Source: Bdellovibrionales bacterium
GTDB taxonomy: Bacteria; Bdellovibrionota; Bdellovibrionia; Bdellovibrionales; JAGQZY01
Direction: 5' to 3'
DNA length: 64,000 nt
Assembly: GCA_964230645.1 (NCBI GenBank)
Contig: CAXRHT010000002.1
Span: forward strand, 1,472,001 to 1,536,000
The translations under genes were made by a program, and so were the position numbers. This document shows, piece after piece, positions 59,008 through 64,000 of this stretch. The notes under the pieces are model-generated. The model was given only the letters and a program-made list of their open reading frames with translations. It made no database searches and had not been told where the DNA came from. The first letter of the stretch is position 1. The number at the start of each line of letters is the position of its first letter.

Positions 59008-60189
59008 ATGGCTTCTCTTGATGAAATTCTTAAAGTGGCGAGCGAACGTAAAGCCAGTGATGTTCACCTCAAAGCCGGTGTGGTGCCTGTTGTAAGGCGA
59101 CATGGACGAATGTTGCCTCTTTCTAAAAAGTGGAAACCCATGACAACCGCGCAGTTGCAGGGTTTTGCTGAACAATTAATCAAAACCGAGGCCGAACGCA
59201 CGCGTTTTGATCATTTTAAAGAATTAGATCTCGGTTACGGCGTTCGAGGTGTGGGCCGCTTTCGCGTGAATCTTTTTATGCAGAGAGGATCGGTGCGAAT
59301 CGTAGCCCGCGTGATTTCCGATCAGGTGCCTGAATTTGAGGATCTCAATATTCCTGAGATCGTTCAGAAAGTCGCTAACAGAGAACGAGGCATGATTTTG
59401 GTGACAGGAGTCACAGGTTCCGGAAAATCCACCACCCTGGCTGCCATGATTAATCACATTAATAAGAACCGTAATAAACATATCATTACGATTGAAGACC
59501 CCATTGAGTATCTTATTAAGGATCACCGCAGTCTTATTTCCCAAAGAGAACTGGGGCTTGATACGACCACTTTTCAAACGGCCTTGAGAGCCGCTCTCAG
59601 GCAGGATCCTGATGTTATTCTGATCGGTGAGATGAGAGACCGAGAAACCATAGAAACCGCCATGATGGCCGCTGCCACGGGTCACTTGGTGCTCTCGACC
59701 CTTCATACCTTTGATGCCCAAGAAACAATCAACCGTATTTTGGCCGTTTTTGAGAGCCACCAACAAAATCAGGTGCGCCGACAATTGGCTTCCACCCTGC
59801 AAGCTGTGATTAGCCAAAGATTAGTGCCCAGAAAAGACAAAAAAGGGGTGGTGCCGGCTGTGGAAGTGATGGTTAACAATGCCCGCATTCGAGAGATGAT
59901 CGAAGAGCCTGAAAAAACGCGCCTCATTTCTAACGCCATTGAAACCAGTGCCAAAGCCACTGGAATGCAGACTTTTGATCAAAGCCTTTTGAAACTCATT
60001 AAATCGGATATGATCAGTCTTAAAGATGCTCTCAAGGTCTGTAATCATCCAGACGACTTCTATCTCAAATACAGTGGAATACAGACAGGACAAGGCTCCC
60101 ATACCCAGGTCACACCTCATCAGGCCCTGGATGAGGACTTGCCATCCTTTCCCGATTTTGATTTAGAAGATGATGATGACGACTTCTAA
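59008..60189 (+). CDS. pilT: PilT/PilU-family type IV pilus ATPase
   Basis: ASDVHL, GSGKSTT, TIEDPIE, LRQDPDVILIGEMRD, GMQT. Confidence 0.92.
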   Translation: MASLDEILKVASERKASDVHLKAGVVPVVRRHGRMLPLSKKWKPMTTAQLQGFAEQLIKTEAERTRFDHFKELDLGYGVRGVGRFRVNLFMQRGSVRIVARVISDQVPEFEDLNIPEIVQKVANRERGMILVTGVTGSGKSTTLAAMINHINKNRNKHIITIEDPIEYLIKDHRSLISQRELGLDTTTFQTALRAALRQDPDVILIGEMRDRETIETAMMAAATGHLVLSTLHTFDAQETINRILAVFESHQQNQVRRQLASTLQAVISQRLVPRKDKKGVVPAVEVMVNNARIREMIEEPEKTRLISNAIETSAKATGMQTFDQSLLKLIKSDMISLKDALKVCNHPDDFYLKYSGIQTGQGSHTQVTPHQALDEDLPSFPDFDLEDDDDDF

Positions 60190-60628
60190 AAAAGACAAAA
60201 CCGAAAAAGCCGTTTGGATCAAAGCCATGGATTATCTGGCCAGAAGAGATCACTCGGTTACAGAACTCAAAGAGAAACTTGGGCGCTTCTTCGAGGAGAC
60301 CGAAATTGATGAGACTATTGAGGAGATGAAAAGCCGAGGCTGGATTCTTCCTCCTGAAGAGTTAAGCCAAAAGGTCGCCAAAAATTTGCATCAGAAAAGC
60401 AAAGGCATTTACTACATCAATCAGTATCTGCAGAAAAAAGGCCTCCCGCCAGTTGATAAGGACCCGACCCTGGAGTTTGATAAAGCCATGGAGGTCTGCC
60501 GCCTAAAACTTAAAGACCCTGGCGATATCCAAAAACTCTCTTCGTTGCTTAAAAACAGAGGATTTGATACAGAAACAATATCGCAGGTGGTCCATGAAAT
60601 ACGTAGAAATTCGCAAAGCCTTTATTGA
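60170..60628 (+). CDS. recX: Regulatory protein RecX
   Basis: A..YLARRDHS..EL..KL, L..RGF; upstream of alaS. Confidence 0.85.
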   Translation: MMMTTSKKDKTEKAVWIKAMDYLARRDHSVTELKEKLGRFFEETEIDETIEEMKSRGWILPPEELSQKVAKNLHQKSKGIYYINQYLQKKGLPPVDKDPTLEFDKAMEVCRLKLKDPGDIQKLSSLLKNRGFDTETISQVVHEIRRNSQSLY

Positions 60629-63275
60629 TTTTTTTGAAGAAAAAGAGCACCAGCTCGTCGAGAGCTCAAGCCTCATTCCTCACAATGATCCAACCCTCAT
60701 GTTTACCAATGCGGGTATGAATCAGTTCAAAGATGTTTTCCTGGGGACGGATAAAAGAAGTTATTCTCGGGCCGTCAGTATTCAAAAATGTTTAAGGGCT
60801 GGTGGAAAACACAACGACCTAGAAAATGTGGGCTTCACCGCCCGCCACCACACCTTTTTTGAGATGCTCGGTAACTTTTCGTTTGGAGATTACTTTAAAG
60901 AAGAAGCCATCTCTATGGCTTGGGAGTTTCTCACTAAAAAACTGGGGATCCCAGAAGAGCGCCTTTATGTTTCGGTTTTTGAAACCGATGATGAGGCCGC
61001 CGAAATTTGGGAGAAAAAAATGGGTGTGCCCAAAGAAAAAATTTATCGCTTTGGTGAAAAGGATAACTTTTGGCGTATGGGGCAAACAGGCCCCTGTGGC
61101 CCTTGTTCAGAAATTTTTTATGACCATAATCCTTCAGGCCCTAAAGTTTCTATCGATCAGGACGAGGACCGCTTCGTTGAAATCTGGAATCTTGTTTTTA
61201 TGCAGTTCTTTGAGGATGAAGAGGGGAACCAAACTCCCCTTCCAAAACCTTCAGTCGATACAGGATGCGGGATCGAAAGATTGGCGGCCGCCATGCAAGG
61301 GGTCACCGACAATTATCAATGCGACATCTTTCAACCTTTAATTCATGAGGCCTGTAAAAGAGTGGGTCTTGATAGCGATTGGGTGAAATTAAAACAGACT
61401 CCGCAAACCTTGGGAGCTTTGAAAGTCGTAGCCGACCACTCTCGCTCCACAAGCTTTCTTATTGGCGAAGGGGTTCTTCCCTCAAATGAAGGCTCAGGTT
61501 ATGTTTTAAGAAGAATTATGAGACGAGCAATTCGCTACGCCAGACGCCTGGATACCTCAAAATCTTTATTCCCTGAAGTTTGTAAAGAAGTGATCACCAT
61601 TATGGGTGAGCATTATCCCGTGTTAAAAGAAAAACAGGAATTTATTCTGCAAACAGTAAGGGACGAGGAAAAACGATTTCTTAAAACTCTTGATAAAGGC
61701 TCTGAAATCTTAAACCAAGAAATTCAAACTCTCTTGGGTGAACAGAAACAAGTGGTCCCTGGTAGTACGGCTTTTACTCTTTATGACACCTATGGTTTTC
61801 CTTTCGATCTCACACAAGTGGTCGCAAAAGAGCATAACCTTACTGTGGATGAAAAAGGTTTTCTTGAAGCCATGGAAGAGGCAAAAGACAAGGCCCGAAA
61901 AGCGCAAAAAGACCATAGTATTTCTAGTAACGAAAAACATTTGGCTGACTGGAGCCAAAACTTTGAAGAAACAAAGTTTGAGGGCTATGAAAAGCTTGAA
62001 GTCCAAGCCTCCTGCCTTTCCCTTTCCGATGGCTCAAATGAAGTGGAAAGTCTTACCGATTCCGGTTGGGCGGTCTTTGATCAATCCCCTTTTTATGCCG
62101 AAGGTGGAGGACAGGTGGGTGACCTCGGGGATATTTACGACTCCGAGAGCAAACAACTTGTGGCCACAGTCACAGACTGCAAAAAGCTCAACAACGTTCA
62201 CCTTCATCAGGTCACTGTTAAAAAAGGCGAGCTGAAAAAGTCTCAAAAATATCTTTTAAAAGTGGGTCAAAATTCAAGACAAGACACCGCTAACAATCAC
62301 TCGGCCACACATCTTCTTAACGCTGCTTTAAAAGAGGTCTTGGGAGACCATGTGAATCAAGCGGGCTCCCTTGTCACAGCTCAGAAACTTCGATTTGATT
62401 TTAATCACTCTAAAGCTATGAGTCCTGAGGAAATCAAAAAGGTCGAAACTTTAGTGAACGATCAAATTCATGGAGCCTACCCAGTCGCCTTTGAAAATAT
62501 GTCTCACCAGGAAGCCACCCAAAAAGGTGCGGTTGCCATGTTTGGGGAAAAGTATGGCGATGAAGTTCGAGTGATCAGCATGGGGCAACAAGAAGACCAG
62601 GTCTTTTCCATGGAACTTTGTGGAGGAACCCACGTTTCGAATACCGCTCAAATTGGGCTTTTTAAAATTGTTTCCGAAGCGGGAGTGGCTGCAGGTGTAA
62701 GACGAATCGAGGCATTGACTGGCCGCGGAGCTTTTCAATTCCTTACAAATCTTGCTGATGAAAACCTGCAGTTACGGGAAGAGCTTAAAGTCAAAAAACC
62801 TAAAGTAGATGCTAAAAAAGCGTCTTTCGACCTTTCAGAAAAAGTTCAAGACTTTCAAGCCAAAATCAAAAAGTTGGAAAAGGATCTTAAAAAGAAAGCC
62901 TCACAAAACGTTTCCGTCGATGACATTCTAAAAGAGAGTCGCCAGGTGGATTTTGATGGCGAAAAGGGAGTGGCTGTGTTCACAAGAATTGAGGTGAGTG
63001 ACCGCAATCTCCTGAGCCAGGTGGCCGACCAATTGCGCGACAAGGAAAAAAATATTGCTCTCGTCCTTATAGGAGAGGGTGAGCCCTCTAAACCCCTGAT
63101 TGTTGCTGTTAGTAAACATCTTAAAAAAATTCATGCTGGTAAAATTACCAAAGAGCTTTGTAGCGACCTCGATGGTAAAGGGGGCGGACGGCCTGACTTC
63201 GCGCAAGGTTCCGTGTCGAATTTGGATAAGTTGAATTTGGCTAAAGAAAAGTTCTATGAACTTATCAAACAGTAA
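60594..63275 (+). CDS. alaS: Alanine-tRNA ligase
   Basis: FTNAGMNQFK, HHTFFEMLGNFSFGDYFK, ELCGGTH, GGGRPDFAQG. Confidence 0.99.
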   Translation: MKYVEIRKAFIDFFEEKEHQLVESSSLIPHNDPTLMFTNAGMNQFKDVFLGTDKRSYSRAVSIQKCLRAGGKHNDLENVGFTARHHTFFEMLGNFSFGDYFKEEAISMAWEFLTKKLGIPEERLYVSVFETDDEAAEIWEKKMGVPKEKIYRFGEKDNFWRMGQTGPCGPCSEIFYDHNPSGPKVSIDQDEDRFVEIWNLVFMQFFEDEEGNQTPLPKPSVDTGCGIERLAAAMQGVTDNYQCDIFQPLIHEACKRVGLDSDWVKLKQTPQTLGALKVVADHSRSTSFLIGEGVLPSNEGSGYVLRRIMRRAIRYARRLDTSKSLFPEVCKEVITIMGEHYPVLKEKQEFILQTVRDEEKRFLKTLDKGSEILNQEIQTLLGEQKQVVPGSTAFTLYDTYGFPFDLTQVVAKEHNLTVDEKGFLEAMEEAKDKARKAQKDHSISSNEKHLADWSQNFEETKFEGYEKLEVQASCLSLSDGSNEVESLTDSGWAVFDQSPFYAEGGGQVGDLGDIYDSESKQLVATVTDCKKLNNVHLHQVTVKKGELKKSQKYLLKVGQNSRQDTANNHSATHLLNAALKEVLGDHVNQAGSLVTAQKLRFDFNHSKAMSPEEIKKVETLVNDQIHGAYPVAFENMSHQEATQKGAVAMFGEKYGDEVRVISMGQQEDQVFSMELCGGTHVSNTAQIGLFKIVSEAGVAAGVRRIEALTGRGAFQFLTNLADENLQLREELKVKKPKVDAKKASFDLSEKVQDFQAKIKKLEKDLKKKASQNVSVDDILKESRQVDFDGEKGVAVFTRIEVSDRNLLSQVADQLRDKEKNIALVLIGEGEPSKPLIVAVSKHLKKIHAGKITKELCSDLDGKGGGRPDFAQGSVSNLDKLNLAKEKFYELIKQ

Positions 63276-64000
63276 GGTCATTAAAAAAGAGGCCAAAGAG
63301 CTTGAAGCCTGGTTTGAGGAAAATGCCCGCCCTCTGCCCTGGAGACAGAGCAAAGAACCCTACCCTATTTGGATTTCAGAGATTATGTTGCAGCAGACAA
63401 CGGCGACGGCTGTTATCCCCTATTTTCAATCTTTTTTAAAAAAGTTCCCCACGTTAAAAAAATTAGCCCAGGCTCCTCTTGAGGAAGTCTACGATCAGTG
63501 GGCGGGACTGGGGTATTATTCAAGAGCTCGCAACATCCATAAAGCCGCCAAGCAGTTTGCTAAAGAAAAGTCTTTCCCACAAACTTATCAAGAGCTTATT
63601 AAATTTTCAGGGCTTGGCGAATACACAGCCCGCGCCATTAGCTCGCAAGCCTTTGAGGAGCCTGTTGGTGTTGTTGACGGCAATGTGATCCGAGTTCTTT
63701 CAAGACGCTTTGGTCTTTTTAATCAACATTGGAAAACCAAAGAAAAAAGACAACTGCAAGAAATCGCCGATGAATATGCCAAGGAAGCGCAACCAAGCCG
63801 AGTGAATCAAGCCTTTATGGAATTGGGGGCAACCATCTGCACCCCCACTAACCCATCTTGTCTTTTATGCCCTCTGAAGAAAAATTGTGTGGCACTAAAA
63901 GACGATCTGATTTCCCAACTTCCTTTGAAGAAACCTAAAAAAAGTTTTGAGATTTGGGAGTGGCAGGCGGAGATCTATGAAAAGGATGGACGTATTGCTT
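63256..64000 (+). CDS. mutY: A/G-specific adenine glycosylase MutY (runs off window end)
   Basis: Not in ORF track. My translation: RPLPWR…PY.IWISEIMLQQT, GLGYYSRAR, VDGNVIRV, CTPTNPSCLLC. Confidence 0.95.
   Translation, partial: MNLSNSKVIKKEAKELEAWFEENARPLPWRQSKEPYPIWISEIMLQQTTATAVIPYFQSFLKKFPTLKKLAQAPLEEVYDQWAGLGYYSRARNIHKAAKQFAKEKSFPQTYQELIKFSGLGEYTARAISSQAFEEPVGVVDGNVIRVLSRRFGLFNQHWKTKEKRQLQEIADEYAKEAQPSRVNQAFMELGATICTPTNPSCLLCPLKKNCVALKDDLISQLPLKKPKKSFEIWEWQAEIYEKDGRIA

Noticed and set aside
59224..62235. Long antisense or alternate-frame ORFs over pilT and alaS, and similar short ORFs across the window
   Set aside because: Shadows of well-conserved genes with no recognisable motifs.

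Overview
This is a gene-dense bacterial chromosome segment. It is most likely from a Bdellovibrionota predator; this is inferred from the TIGR02147-like protein, RxPAS motifs, many orphan secreted proteins and the flg-csrA-fliW layout. It holds two flagellar operons: TPR protein-sigma54 activator-flgBC-fliEF, and flgFGAHI-flgJMNKL-csrA-fliW. It also holds a kinase/FleQ-like NtrC pair, housekeeping genes (trmFO, glmUS, purD, rsmE, prmA, recA, cinA, pilT, recX, alaS, mutY) and many secreted or lipoprotein hypotheticals. The strongest unexplained signal is non-coding. A ~163-nt structured GGA-bearing RNA candidate lies between flgI and flgJ, GGA arrays sit in the flgK and csrA leaders, and a separate structured leader carries 10 GGAs. 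Together these suggest an RNA-based CsrA circuit alongside a FliW-type CsrA. Also visible are sigma54 and sigma28 promoters, FleQ-type boxes, a palindromic REP-like array, a gamma-carboxylase-like (HTTM) operon, shared Cys-x-x-(L/V)-F and RxPAS motifs, and a 55-aa ORF missed by the ORF track. No rRNA, tRNA, CRISPR or transposase was recognised. All calls are by eye, without database searches or folding software.
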